In this document: positions 1 to 10,074 of the stretch, in pieces
How the letters are laid out: every line of letters begins with the position of its first letter
Position numbering within the stretch: position 1 is the stretch's first letter
Source of the DNA: Chrysochromulina tobinii
Lineage: Eukaryota
Length of the DNA stretch: 43,323 nt
Assembly (NCBI GenBank): GCA_001275005.1
Contig: JWZX01003171.1
Location: 1-43,323 of the forward strand
Direction of reading: 5' to 3'
Translations under genes and position numbers: made by a program
The notes under the pieces: model-generated
What the model was told of the DNA's origin: nothing
Seen by the model: the letters and a program-made list of their open reading frames with translations, nothing else
The model's database searches: none

Positions 1-100
1 TCCTGCTGATCCCGCTGCTCCTGCTCTGCTATGGCCTGCTGTTGCTGCTGCCTGCTGGTGCTGCTGCCTGCTAGAGCTGTTGCTGCTGGGAGAGGACACG

Positions 101-672
101 TTATCCGGAAAAGCCATTACAAAAGGGGACGAGGGTTCGTCCCCTGAGTTGGCATGGTATGTACAGCGTGGATGGTACGATATGCACTGTGCTCTGTGGT
201 AAGTGGTATTCGACAACAGCGAACAGGTAACGAGGTGTAAGGTGGGCGCCACGCGGACTCGCGGACAATGCTCGCGCGGAGTAAGGATCGGTAACAGGGA
301 AAGTGACAGGGGAGCCCCCCGCCGCTCCGTCAGCCGGCGGCGGTGGCGACGGATACGAGCACAATCTCCAGTCTTCACCCTGAGTACCAGCCCATTGGAT
401 CGTTCCCGGGCCCACGACGAAATTGGAAGGCCCGGTAAATCCTGAGAAGCTCGTCAACGACCCTGACGGGTAGCTAGGTATGCGAAGAAGTCCATCCAAG
501 TATCCATATGGATAGGTCGCTGTCAGGGGCTTTCCTATGGCGAACGCAGTCGGCGTGATGGAGCACGACTGGTAGCTGCCGTAATTCGACGAAATTCTGG
601 GCGAGAGAATGCAGTTCGGTGAGCTGGGATCGACGGTGCAAGAGCCGGAGACGACGGTAAAGTAGGTGTTCA

Positions 673-709
<37 letters not shown>

Positions 710-1101
710 GAGAGGGGGCGAGGGCGGAGAGTGGCCGTGCGGAAAGTGGCTGTGAGACGGCAAGCGAGGGCCACAATCGTAGCAGTCGGTGCCCAAGGTG
801 CAGTGTGAGTACTCTGATCCGGGGCTGCCGTCATCGCAGTCGCCGTCGGAGGCGTAGTTTGTGCACGTGTTTGAGCATTGTCCCGCGCCAGAGGGAGAGT
901 GGCCGTGCGGACTGTGGCCGTGTGGATCGTGGCCGTGGAAGAAGAGCTGTCTGCGGATTGAGGCCTGCACGAGCAGGGTTGTGCAGAGATGTCCCACCGT
1001 GCCGCGTAGCTGGAGGAGGAGCAGAGCAAGTATGCAATGAAGATGATGGCCGCACTCGCTCCTACCGCCGATCCGGCCACGCCGGCCAAGGTGTGTCGCA
1101 T
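101..1101 (-). CDS. Putative secreted/surface protein: His-Ser-Pro repeats, Cys-rich module, poly-Pro linker, CUB-like domain; gene structure uncertain
   Basis: ORF 101..1120 encodes HGHSP repeats, CSNTC..DGDCDDG..C..GTDC.DCGPR, a Pro run and CTVD..CILSP..NY..CSIT (CUB-like start). A hydrophobic N-terminus (MRHTLAG..AIIFIAYLL, ATG 1101) lies in another frame and could join through a short GC-AG intron near 964-1001. The 3' end is unclear. Confidence 0.5.
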
Positions 1102-1841
1102 GATAGGGGTACGGGTACATACATCATGCTGTGATAGATTGTAACCGGGCATACCATACGCCCGCCACGGTCCACACCTCAGATGGCGAGGTGGTTGCAC
1201 GGTCGGAACCGTGTCCGTGGGGACTATAGGTCCTGCCCGGGGTCGCATACGGTGGGGCTCGGCCGCGCGGTTTCGTCAACGGCTGACGAACCCAAGTTTA
1301 GTCAAACGGTGGCGAGACGCGCGGGCCGGGCAGGTTACGCCACGGCTAACCGCCCACCGACCTTCAGGAGGTATTTTGATCATCATTAATCACTCAGTTT
1401 GAAATCAGGGTATGAGGATAGGGTGCAAATCCAGATATAAATCCCTCCCCTGCCTCCTTCTCGGTCCTTGGTTTAAACGATGTGGATGAGAACGCCGCTG
1501 AACGGGTCTACTGATAGAGCAGACTACTGCGGTCGACCCGTTTGAACTTTCACACACACGGCGGAACAGGACCACTCAGAACTCACACAGACGAACCTCG
1601 TAACGGCCTATAAGGGCGCCGCACATGGGTACCACGTCTAGAGACTACACCCACCTCCCCAGTACTCACAAAACTTCGAATCCCACCTTTCCTCGCACCT
1701 CAGTCGCTCGTGGGGCGGGATTGAGGATTCGCCGTTTCGGGAGATAGTTTCACCCGCCAGCTGGCGCCCTGGCTCGAGCTGTTGCGCCTGCCGCCCTTCA
1801 CGTTGTTCGCTCTGGAAGACAACAAATCTAGTGCTAACGCG

Positions 1842-3998
1842 CTAGAACCCACCGCATGCGGCATTCCGGCACCTCTCGTCTTCTGATCCCATTATCACAT
1901 TCCGATCGTTAGAGATGTACTTGCGCTCGCGGTGGAAGGCGACGCGCTTGAAGAGCTCGATCGTGCCGGTCGCCTCGAGCATTGGGAGGAAGTAGCCGGC
2001 GGCGGTGACCATGCGGATGGAGTCGAAGGCCGTCACGACACCGTCGATGAGCGGAAAGCTCCCGTGCCTCATCACGGGCGAGTGCAGCCCCATCTTACTC
2101 ACTTGGGCGATCTTGGTCACGGCGGCGGGGATGGCCGCGCCGGTAGTCGAAGCGAGCCACATGGTGTCGCCCAGCTTCATCTCGCTCGCCGTCTTGACGG
2201 TGGCGCAGCAGGACGGGCCTACCGGTACGCGATGGCCCTCGGTGAGGGTCACGTTGCGGCCGTCGGCCGTCGAGAGCATGAGGAACGTCGACACCGCGTC
2301 CTTGTTGGCGAGCGAGAGCGAGCTCACGGAATCGGTAGTCAGGATGCCATCAGCCGTGGCCACGACGATCTCGTCGCCCACATGGAGAGCATCGAGCGAG
2401 CGCTTGGCACCACTGGCCAGCACGACAGTTGCTGAGGATGGGAAGCACGGGTCATCATCATCATCATAGCAAGTCCAAGGTCTCCGTCTCGCTGCAGGGG
2501 GGCAAGTTGTTGGCGCTGCGACCCCCCCAGACGGCCTCTCTATCGCACGCAGAAAGACTTTATCGCTGGACTGGATCTGCATCGTGGCGGTGTATTTCAT
2601 CGACGCATGCCCTGGGAATGTCCTCCAGACGCAGCCTGCGGTACGGGTGAGGGTAACGATGTTGGTGAGGGTGGGGTGGAGGGTGCGGGTGCGGGTGAAG
2701 GAGAGGTGAGAGTGAGGTTGAACCTGTCGTGGCCTGGGCGAAATTGAATGTTGGGACGTCGTCCTCGTGGTTGTACCAGAGCAGGACGTACCTAAGGTTA
2801 TAGGGTGAAAAAGGGGCATTGAGGAGGTGAGAACAGCGGGAGAGAAGGATGCGGTCCGGACGATGGAAGGCTCTTTGCCGGGCTGTCAGGCGAGACATAG
2901 GACGTACTGCTTCGTTGTGTCCGTCGAGAGGCCTTTGACGGTGATGGTCAGCGTGAGGTCCATCGATGCCGGCCGGGGACTATCAGGGTTAATTTCTTCT
3001 TTCTCGATCTCGGGCGCTTCGAAGGTCTTGTCACTCGTCATGACGACCTGGAGCAGCTCGTTGTTCAGATCGACTGGGCCAAGATGAGCTATGCCAGAGT
3101 TATGCTCGTCGTCTGGCATTGTATACATGGAGCTGGTGCGTGCGACGGCATCGTATCGGGAACCAAAAAAGCGGTCGGTCAAGTTGTTCAATACAATGCG
3201 TGTGCAACTTGAGGCGTCGACGCCGCCGTTCGCTGCAATATCCTGCCAGTCACTTGCCGTGTAACCTCCATCATCCGTGTCATCATCATCATCGCCATCG
3301 GCGCCCAACAAATCGAGGGCGAATCCGAACAAATCGAGGGCGAGTCCGAAATTACCCCTCCTCAACCTCCTGCCTGAGGCGCGCGAACCACGCCGATCAG
3401 GATGGGCACCGAGGTGGTCACAGATCGTGAAGGCGTCTCCGGTGTGGAAAAGGTCGTCGTTGAAAGTCGACTCATACGAGATAGCGGTCATGAAATGACG
3501 GCCCGGATAGTCGAGATCCGGGCGGCAGTCTTTGCAATACACCTCAATGATCGGCGCGCGGCCTTGCCGAAGCTGCGCTTTGATCCATCCTAAGTAATGG
3601 CTCACGTCAGGGGCAGTCGGGTTGTAAAAGTCCCTACAACCCACCGGAGCGGAACTGTAGATTTCATACCGCAGCTTGAGCTTATCGGAAGCGACCTCGG
3701 CCTCATCTTCGAACAAATCACAGTTGAAGTTAAAGTGATTACTTGGAATGCGAAGCTTATACTCCTTTTTTTGCGCTCCGCAGTCGCTGAGATAGCGGTT
3801 AGCAGCAGCCCTCACATCGTACTCGGAGACGTATTGGCCAGCCAGATGCATGCCAGCCATGATGAACGACGTTTCTGCGCTGTAGGCTCCGTTGTTCTGC
3901 CACTGCTGCCGGTCCTTGATCAGATTACCATTGGCATCCCTGAGATCCCACGTGATACTCGCAACAAGCGCGCTCCATGAAAGTAAGAGAAAAAGCAT
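1842..3998 (-). CDS. Secreted protein: papain/C39-like-looking N-terminal domain plus C-terminal Hedgehog-type Hint autoprocessing domain; 3 exons (3998-2908, 2791-2724, 2635-1842)
   Basis: Signal peptide MLFLLLSWSALVAS. GT-AG introns 2907-2792 and 2723-2636 join three ORFs in frame (TKQ-YVLLWYN, ATTG-CVWRTF). Hint motifs: CFPSSATV (Cys1 at 2447-2445), LHVGDEI, LTEGH (TxxH), GLHSP..LIDGVVTA. Confidence 0.8.
2636..2723 (-). other. GT-AG intron (88 nt) with degenerate (CACCCK)n hexamer repeats
   Basis: ACAG|GTTCAAC...CCGCAG|GCTGC; splicing restores the frame into the Hint-containing exon. Confidence 0.75.
2792..2907 (-). other. GT-AG intron (116 nt) whose first 9 nt duplicate the start of the next exon
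   Basis: CA|GTACGTCCTAT...CCTTAG|GTACGTCCTGC; splicing restores the frame. Confidence 0.75.
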
Positions 3999-4044
3999 TG
4001 TACGACCCTGATAGTAGACTGTGGAATCCGAGTCCTAGATTTCA

Positions 4045-4122
4045 GTCAAGTCAAGTCAAGTCAAGTAGACAGGCTTTTGCATGGTTGTCTGTTGTTTATG
4101 TATTGACTTGACTTGACTTGAC
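4045..4122. mobile_element. 78-bp MITE/foldback-like insertion with (GTCAA)4 terminal inverted repeats and a 9-bp target duplication
   Basis: TAGATTTCA (4036-4044), (GTCAA)4 at 4045-4064, 38-bp spacer, (TTGAC)4 at 4103-4122, TAGATTTCA (4123-4131). Confidence 0.75.
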
Positions 4123-4785
4123 TAGATTTCATGTATGGTTTGTTCGTTGGGAGCGCTCAAGCTCTCTGTGAATGGTATCCTGTGAATGGATACATGGAAC
4201 ATCTTGCTATGCTATAAGGAAAAATTTTGGTATTGGGTGCCCAACCGATCCTCGGTTGCATCTCGCGCTTCCACGGGCGCTTCACCAGAACTCGCCGAGA
4301 TATCAATATGGGTTCTCCCGCATAGCGTCGTGGTGCGGGGAGCCGGCCCGCGTGTTGGCGGAGATGCGCGCGCGTTGTGTTGAACATCAACTACAACTTC
4401 TATTCTTAGATTTTTTAATTCTTCTTCGCCGACACGGCCTTTACTAATAGCAGTTGTGTCGGCCACACCTCCATCCAAAGCGCTGCTACGTGTCAACGAC
4501 GTGTGCTACGACCGACCCCAGGTTTGGACCGCGCTCGGCAACGCACACGATGCGATCTCGGGCGACATGCTGCACGCGCAAGAGAAGAGCTTCCAAAGGG
4601 GGGTCTTGCACGGCAAGTGGCTGCTCAAAGCGCAGTTTAAAGTTCGACGACGCGGCCTCCCTGCAGATGAGGGTCAAGCACCTCGAGTACGTCGTCGGGC
4701 ACTACGAGCGCTGGGTGCGCCAGCTCAAGACCCAGCTCGGAGAGCGCGAGCCTTTCTCATCTAATTCTAACTTCCCACTAGACCC

Positions 4786-5232
4786 GTGAAGATGAGCGAA
4801 GGTCAGCTCAAGAGTCTCTTGGTGCAGGCTGCGCAGGGCGCCATGATGGTCGGGGGTCTGTATGCAGGCGCGGCGGTGTTGTGTGAAGTAAACTCGATCG
4901 ATGACATGCGGACTGTTGTTATGGCATCGAGTGCTGAAACCCCGATCCTTTTGATGGGCGCGGCGTTTCTCGGTTACGGACTCCGGACCTACGGACCCCC
5001 ACTGCGGCGTTTCTCGGTTACGGACTCCGGACCTACGGACCCCCACTCGTCGCAGTGCCATCGGCGCATCGGCCGCTGTAGCTGGCGCAATCGTCATTGG
5101 GGCTCTGGCTGCGACGTGGGAACATGCCGGTGGCTTCATGGGCATCCACATCCACACTCACTCACTCACTCACTCACTCACTCACTCACTCACTCACTCA
5201 CTCACTCACTCACTCACTCACTGCATTCATAA
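4786..5232 (+). pseudogene. Possible small membrane-protein gene disrupted by a 44-bp tandem duplication
   Basis: Two hydrophobic segments precede a perfect 44-bp duplication (4960-5003/5004-5047). The ORF then runs into a microsatellite. Confidence 0.25.
5155..5222. repeat. (CACT)17 microsatellite
   Basis: Read directly from the sequence. Confidence 0.95.
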
Positions 5233-5453
5233 TGAACGTTACAATTGTAACACGACAGTCACAGCTCAGGACGCGGCACGCGACAACCAAGGTGTGCCGG
5301 GGTCTGGCTGAGTGTCTGGCCGAGGGCCCTGATACTCGGATATAAACCGACTGCGCTAGACCTGGCCGCGTCTGCCTCCGCGCTCACGCGACCCTGCCTG
5401 CCCAGGCTCTTTTCGTTGCAGGCGGTCGCGAGAAACTGTTAAATTTGTATACA

Positions 5454-7640
5454 ATGATGAGCCACGAAGGCGAGAAGGAGAAGAAGATGAAGAAGCTCCA
5501 GAAAGTGTTGCGTCAGATTGACGAGCTCAAGGCGAAGCAGGAGAGCGGCGTACAGCTCGAGAAGACCCAAGAGGGTAAGATGGAGCGGGAGGAGCAGCTG
5601 CGCGCCGAGCTCGCCGAGCTGGAGAGTAGTTATGCAGCAGGAGAGTATACGACAGCTCCGCCAGTTGTGCAGCAGGAGAGTACGCGACAGCAGCAGCAGC
5701 AGCAGCCTGTGCCAGGCGCCAACCCAGGGGACGCGGCTCCGAGGCCAATGATGAGCAAAGCAGCGCTCAAAAATGAGAAACGCAAGGCGGCGCGGCGCAA
5801 TCCTACTGCTGTTGCAATAGAAACCGAGCTCGCACGCGTCAAAGACCTGACAGAGCAGGAGCGTGCGCTCGTGGGCAAAATCTACACGGACCCAAAGGAG
5901 TTGTGGCGTGCGCTCGATGCAGGCGGCGGCAGTGCGACCTGCATTCTCCGCGCGTCGTGGTTCAAAAAGCAGCGTGGTGGACGAATGCCCAAGCGCGGCG
6001 ACGAGCTCCCGCCCGAAGCGACCATCACAGTCGCCGAGCTGCGTGACATCTCAAGGCGCGCCAAGTGCAAGTACGGCGCGCTGCCAGTGATCGCGCTCTC
6101 GCATTTCTGGCGCACCATGGAGCATCCCGACCCGGACGGCGAAACGATGGAGCTGATCGTCGCGGCGCTCACACAGCGCTGGCACGAGTTTGAGGACAAG
6201 GGCGTCACGGACCTTGGCATCCTCGTAGACTGGTGCGCCCTCTGGCAGGCGCCGCGAGAGACGCCCGAAAAGGAAGCCGCATTCGAGGCGGGGCTCGAGG
6301 GCATCAACCTTTGGTATGCCCACCAAGGCACGACGGTGTGGCTCGTTACGGGGGGTGCCGACCGCACCAACGGCCTCACGTATTGGGACAAGGGATGGAC
6401 GTCATTCGAGTTCGCGCTGGCGATGCTCATCAAGCCAGCAAACTCGTCCCAAATCAAGGACTGGCCGCAGGTGGTCGACCTGGGCAAGGAAGGGGACGCA
6501 CAGACTGCCTTTGCCCGCCCCGCGCTGTCGGAGCCGCTCGCTTTCTTCAGCGGCCATGCATACGGCGACAAGACATACACCAACGGCGCGGACCGCGACA
6601 AGATCGTGGCGCCCAAGTATCGGGACACCATGTTTCAGGTCATGGGCGGCGTGGAAACGCTCAACTTGAACAAGCTCAACTGGGGAGATGAAGAGATCAA
6701 GGCGCTGGCTGTCGTGCTGCCTCTGTGTGGGCAGCTGAGGGAGCTGTATGTTGGTGCGAATTCCTTTGGTGACACTGGCATGATCGCCCTGGTAGATGCC
6801 ATTGTGGCCATGGCGTCACTCAAAGTGCTCTGGCTCAACGGCAACCAGATCGGCAAAAATGGCGTCACCGCTCTCAAATTGGCCTGCGCGCGCTGCGCCG
6901 GTGGGGCCATGTCGCAGCTCCGGCAGCTCGATATTTCCCTCAACCAGATTGGCGATGATGGTGTTTCAGCCCTCGCGTCGGCCTGTGAAACTGGGGCCAT
7001 GGCACAGCTCACGTGGCTCAATCTAAGCGGCAACCAGATTGGCGACGCGGGCACCACTGACTTCGCCTCGGCCTGTGCCGGTGGGGCACTGAAGCAGCTC
7101 ACGCATCTCTATCTCAGCAACAATCAGATCGGGGATGCCGGCTGCAAAACCCTTGCCTTGAAATGTGCCATTGGGGCCATGAAAAAACTTGAAAAGCTCT
7201 GGCTCGACCAAAATCAGATCGGCGACGTTGGCGTCTCGGCCCTCGCAGAGGCGTGCGCCAAAGGGGCCATGGCAAAGCTAAAGAGGCTCTTTCTCGGCGC
7301 TTTTTCGACGACCCTCCCTCTACCGGTGACGTTTTCGACGACCCTCCCTCTACCGGTGACGTTTGTGCACAGCTGCCACAAGGGCGGCGGCGGCAAGGCC
7401 CACGGCCGCGGCAAGGGCGGCGGCGGCAAGGGCCGCGGGAAGGGCGAAGGAGGCGCTACGACGGGCGCCGGTCGCGGTCAAGTCTTTTCGACGACCCTCC
7501 CTCTACCGGTGACGTTTGTGCACAGCTGCCACAAGGGCGGCGGCGGCAAGGGCGGCGGCGGCAAGGGCGGCGGCGGCGGCAAGGGCCGCGGGAAGGGCAA
7601 GTTAGGCGCCGCGACGGGCTCCGGTCGCGGTGGCTGTTGA
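5454..7640 (+). CDS. HET-like domain + ribonuclease-inhibitor-type LRR protein with N-terminal coiled coil
   Basis: ALSHFW..HPDP, LVDWCALWQ, LWYAH..TTVW and YWDKGWTSFE parallel the HET-domain motifs (ALSY.W, WID..CI.Q, IY, RGWT.QE). About 7-8 LRRs of ~28 aa (L.L..NQIGD.G). The N-terminus resembles the PYM/eIF2A C-terminal coiled coil. Confidence 0.75.
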   Translation: MMSHEGEKEKKMKKLQKVLRQIDELKAKQESGVQLEKTQEGKMEREEQLRAELAELESSYAAGEYTTAPPVVQQESTRQQQQQQPVPGANPGDAAPRPMMSKAALKNEKRKAARRNPTAVAIETELARVKDLTEQERALVGKIYTDPKELWRALDAGGGSATCILRASWFKKQRGGRMPKRGDELPPEATITVAELRDISRRAKCKYGALPVIALSHFWRTMEHPDPDGETMELIVAALTQRWHEFEDKGVTDLGILVDWCALWQAPRETPEKEAAFEAGLEGINLWYAHQGTTVWLVTGGADRTNGLTYWDKGWTSFEFALAMLIKPANSSQIKDWPQVVDLGKEGDAQTAFARPALSEPLAFFSGHAYGDKTYTNGADRDKIVAPKYRDTMFQVMGGVETLNLNKLNWGDEEIKALAVVLPLCGQLRELYVGANSFGDTGMIALVDAIVAMASLKVLWLNGNQIGKNGVTALKLACARCAGGAMSQLRQLDISLNQIGDDGVSALASACETGAMAQLTWLNLSGNQIGDAGTTDFASACAGGALKQLTHLYLSNNQIGDAGCKTLALKCAIGAMKKLEKLWLDQNQIGDVGVSALAEACAKGAMAKLKRLFLGAFSTTLPLPVTFSTTLPLPVTFVHSCHKGGGGKAHGRGKGGGGKGRGKGEGGATTGAGRGQVFSTTLPLPVTFVHSCHKGGGGKGGGGKGGGGGKGRGKGKLGAATGSGRGGC
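7302..7630 (+). repeat. Nested duplications forming the Gly/Lys-rich tail of the HET-LRR gene
   Basis: 30-nt unit TTTTCGACGACCCTCCCTCTACCGGTGACG at 7302, 7332 and 7485; the ~150-nt block 7332-7478 is repeated imperfectly at 7485-7630. Confidence 0.9.
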
Positions 7641-8076
7641 TAGCTGTGCCGGTGGCAACTCTTGAGTCGGCCGCCGTGTGGGCCGTGGCATGGCCGAGGG
7701 TTTGCTTGCGCGTGCGTCCGTGAATCGGACGCTCGGACCGGTGCCGGTCTTGTTCGTAGTGTGAACAATTGAGTGTGAATTGTGTGTGTCCGGCTCCCCC
7801 TGGTTTTTAGCCTTTGACGCACACGCAGCCCTGGGCGCGCAGCCGATACGCCCGATCGCCCGAAGCCTTATGTTTTCCTGTACTCATACAATGGCTACTG
7901 CCAGTGCCTTGCCCTTGGTGTCTGTGGACGTACCCGTATCGAGGAAAGGGGTTTTGGTAAAATGTTAGGTCTGATTTGGGTCTGATTATCATTTGACGAA
8001 ATCACCGGTCAAGTACAGGTCAGTACAGTACCGGTACCTAAGGTATCTGAAGGGTGCGCGAGGTCGAACCTGGAAA

Positions 8077-9528
8077 ATGTCTCAGCGCACTCGAAGAGCA
8101 CCGGCATCGCCGTCGGCCGATATAGTCTTGTCGCCAGCATCGCAGGCGCTGCTGGAAACGCTTTGGGGAGTTCTAGATCAGGATCACAATGGCCGTCTCA
8201 ATCAAGATGACTTTGCTGCGCTGATCCCAAACGGTCAAGCCGCAATGCAGACATGGGAGAGGATCAGGGGAATGTTCGACAGGGACTACTCTGGAGACAT
8301 ATCGCCTGCGGAGTACATCGAGGGTTTCAAGAGACTTGCGATGGAATCTGCAATCGACGACGGAGCCTTCGACTTCGCACCCACGACACCCCTCGATGGT
8401 ATCCAGCGAATCAACACTTCGCTCAACTTGACAATCGACAGACTATGCAGGAACCTGCATCAATCTGTTGTGCCTGGTCGGGCGGTTCCCGTGGGTCCAC
8501 CCAGTGCTTTCTGGGGGGGGGATCCAGGGCTCGCCAGCTTCGGCAATGGCCAGATTCTCATCAGCCAAGAGCGTCTTAGCCAGCTCGAGGGCTTGTGGAC
8601 ACGTCTCGACGCGGATGGCGATGGAGTCCTCACGATCCACGACTTTCAGCGTGCTCGTGGCCCAGGCGCGCGTCAGCGTGCTGGCGATCTGTGGAGCCGG
8701 CTCTCCGCTCGCCTGGACATGGACGGCGATGGGAGCATCACGCCGGAAGAATTTGTGGCGGGGTTCAGGGATTTGGCGCTCCGCTCTGAACTGAGGATGA
8801 CCTCGAGGCCTGCGACCCATCACGACTTCCTCAATAGGCTCTCTGAGGACATCAACAGCAAAGTCGCAGGGCTCGTTGGTGAGTGTGAGAGAGAGTTCGT
8901 GAATCTGGCGCCTCCGCCACGTGGCAACTGGGGCAACGGCAACTGGGGCGCAGGCGGTGGGAGGGGAGGTGCAACTGGAGGTGCCGCAGCCGCAGCCGCA
9001 GCAGCCGGGCCGCCGCGGCGACCGCGTCGTGGCAGACGGCGGCACAGTGTGGAGGACGGCGAGGACGAGGGCTGCGACTGTGGCCATCCTTGGAGTGTGT
9101 TAGATGGCATTCACGTCTGTCGATACTTTGGCCACTTTCAGTGCGACTGTGGCCGTTGGTGGACGAGTCCCTGGTGTTGGAGGGACACAGCAGTACCCGA
9201 GCAGTGCTTTCCCCAGCAGTGTCAAAGCTGCGGTACGAGCACTTGGCCGTACCAAACAGACCAACTTGATGGCCGCCTGCACGTGAGTGACACAGTGCTA
9301 GTGCTTAGCGCATCTGACCGGGAGACGCGCCCGTACGTGGGCGCGACCGGCAGGCTAGTCGAAGACGACCAGTCGCGTCGCCCGTTCAAGGTGGAGTTCG
9401 ATGACGGCCAAGAGTTGTGGTTCAGGGAGAGTGAGCTCGAAAGGGTCACCACTATCACGCCCCCCCACGACGTGAGTCGCTGCAGCATGTGCCAGCGTCT
9501 CGGTTACGACTGCAGCACCGTGAGGTGA
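8077..9528 (+). CDS. EF-hand (two pairs) + 3CxxC-type zinc finger with an inserted SH3/KOW-like module
   Basis: EF loops DQDHNGRLNQDD, DRDYSGDISPAE, DADGDGVLTIHD and DMDGDGSITPEE. FGHFQCDCGRWWTS..QQCQSC..PHDVSRCSMC matches the zf-3CxxC (RTP/ZAR1) pattern. Confidence 0.75.
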   Translation: MSQRTRRAPASPSADIVLSPASQALLETLWGVLDQDHNGRLNQDDFAALIPNGQAAMQTWERIRGMFDRDYSGDISPAEYIEGFKRLAMESAIDDGAFDFAPTTPLDGIQRINTSLNLTIDRLCRNLHQSVVPGRAVPVGPPSAFWGGDPGLASFGNGQILISQERLSQLEGLWTRLDADGDGVLTIHDFQRARGPGARQRAGDLWSRLSARLDMDGDGSITPEEFVAGFRDLALRSELRMTSRPATHHDFLNRLSEDINSKVAGLVGECEREFVNLAPPPRGNWGNGNWGAGGGRGGATGGAAAAAAAAGPPRRPRRGRRRHSVEDGEDEGCDCGHPWSVLDGIHVCRYFGHFQCDCGRWWTSPWCWRDTAVPEQCFPQQCQSCGTSTWPYQTDQLDGRLHVSDTVLVLSASDRETRPYVGATGRLVEDDQSRRPFKVEFDDGQELWFRESELERVTTITPPHDVSRCSMCQRLGYDCSTVR

Positions 9529-10074
9529 CCATGCCAAGACCTGGCGTCGTGGCGAGCGGAGCGGAGGCGTCCAGCGGAGAGCGGCAGGGCAAGGCGCGGG
9601 TGGGGGGCGGCACCACGCGCACAGCAGGGCCGAATGTGCATTTGCATAGACGGGATGGGAGACCTCGATGGGTTGAAACCGGGGGGGCAAATCCGTTATC
9701 AACATATGCCGTTTCTGCGAAAGTATGTGAGGCCGCGTTCCGAATTCCGGTGCCGGTCTAGAAAAATGCCGTTAGAGGGCGGGGTTTGGGACGCTGAGCG
9801 GCGTGTGTCCCATGGTGTGTCCTTTCGTGATCGTGTTTCGAGTGCAGTTGCGCGTCCGCCTCTCGACACGGAGTACACGGTACAAGTGCGGTACTGTATA
9901 CAGTCTTTCAGCGTGTACAGCAGTGCGCCGGGTTCATGTCTCGCCTCGTCTCGTCTCATTGGGAATAGGATGGTAGCGTTGTGAGTTGCTGACAAACTTG
10001 AATAGGCCATCAACCATTATCTCTGATCTGTGCGGTTCTGTGCGGCCACCCCGGGGGGATGGCGCTGGGGGCGC

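Noticed and set aside
1842..2447. Hint domain as a true intein or mobile element
   Set aside because: It is C-terminal, lacks the His-Asn plus Cys/Ser/Thr splice junction and has no homing endonuclease; it fits Hog-type autoprocessing.
2640..2720. GGGTGA/GGGTGC repeats as an interstitial telomere
   Set aside because: Degenerate, not TTAGGG, and fully contained within an 88-nt intron.
4456..4764. Short ORFs downstream of the 4360 motif
   Set aside because: Overlapping ORFs in two frames with no recognisable motif; coding status cannot be decided.
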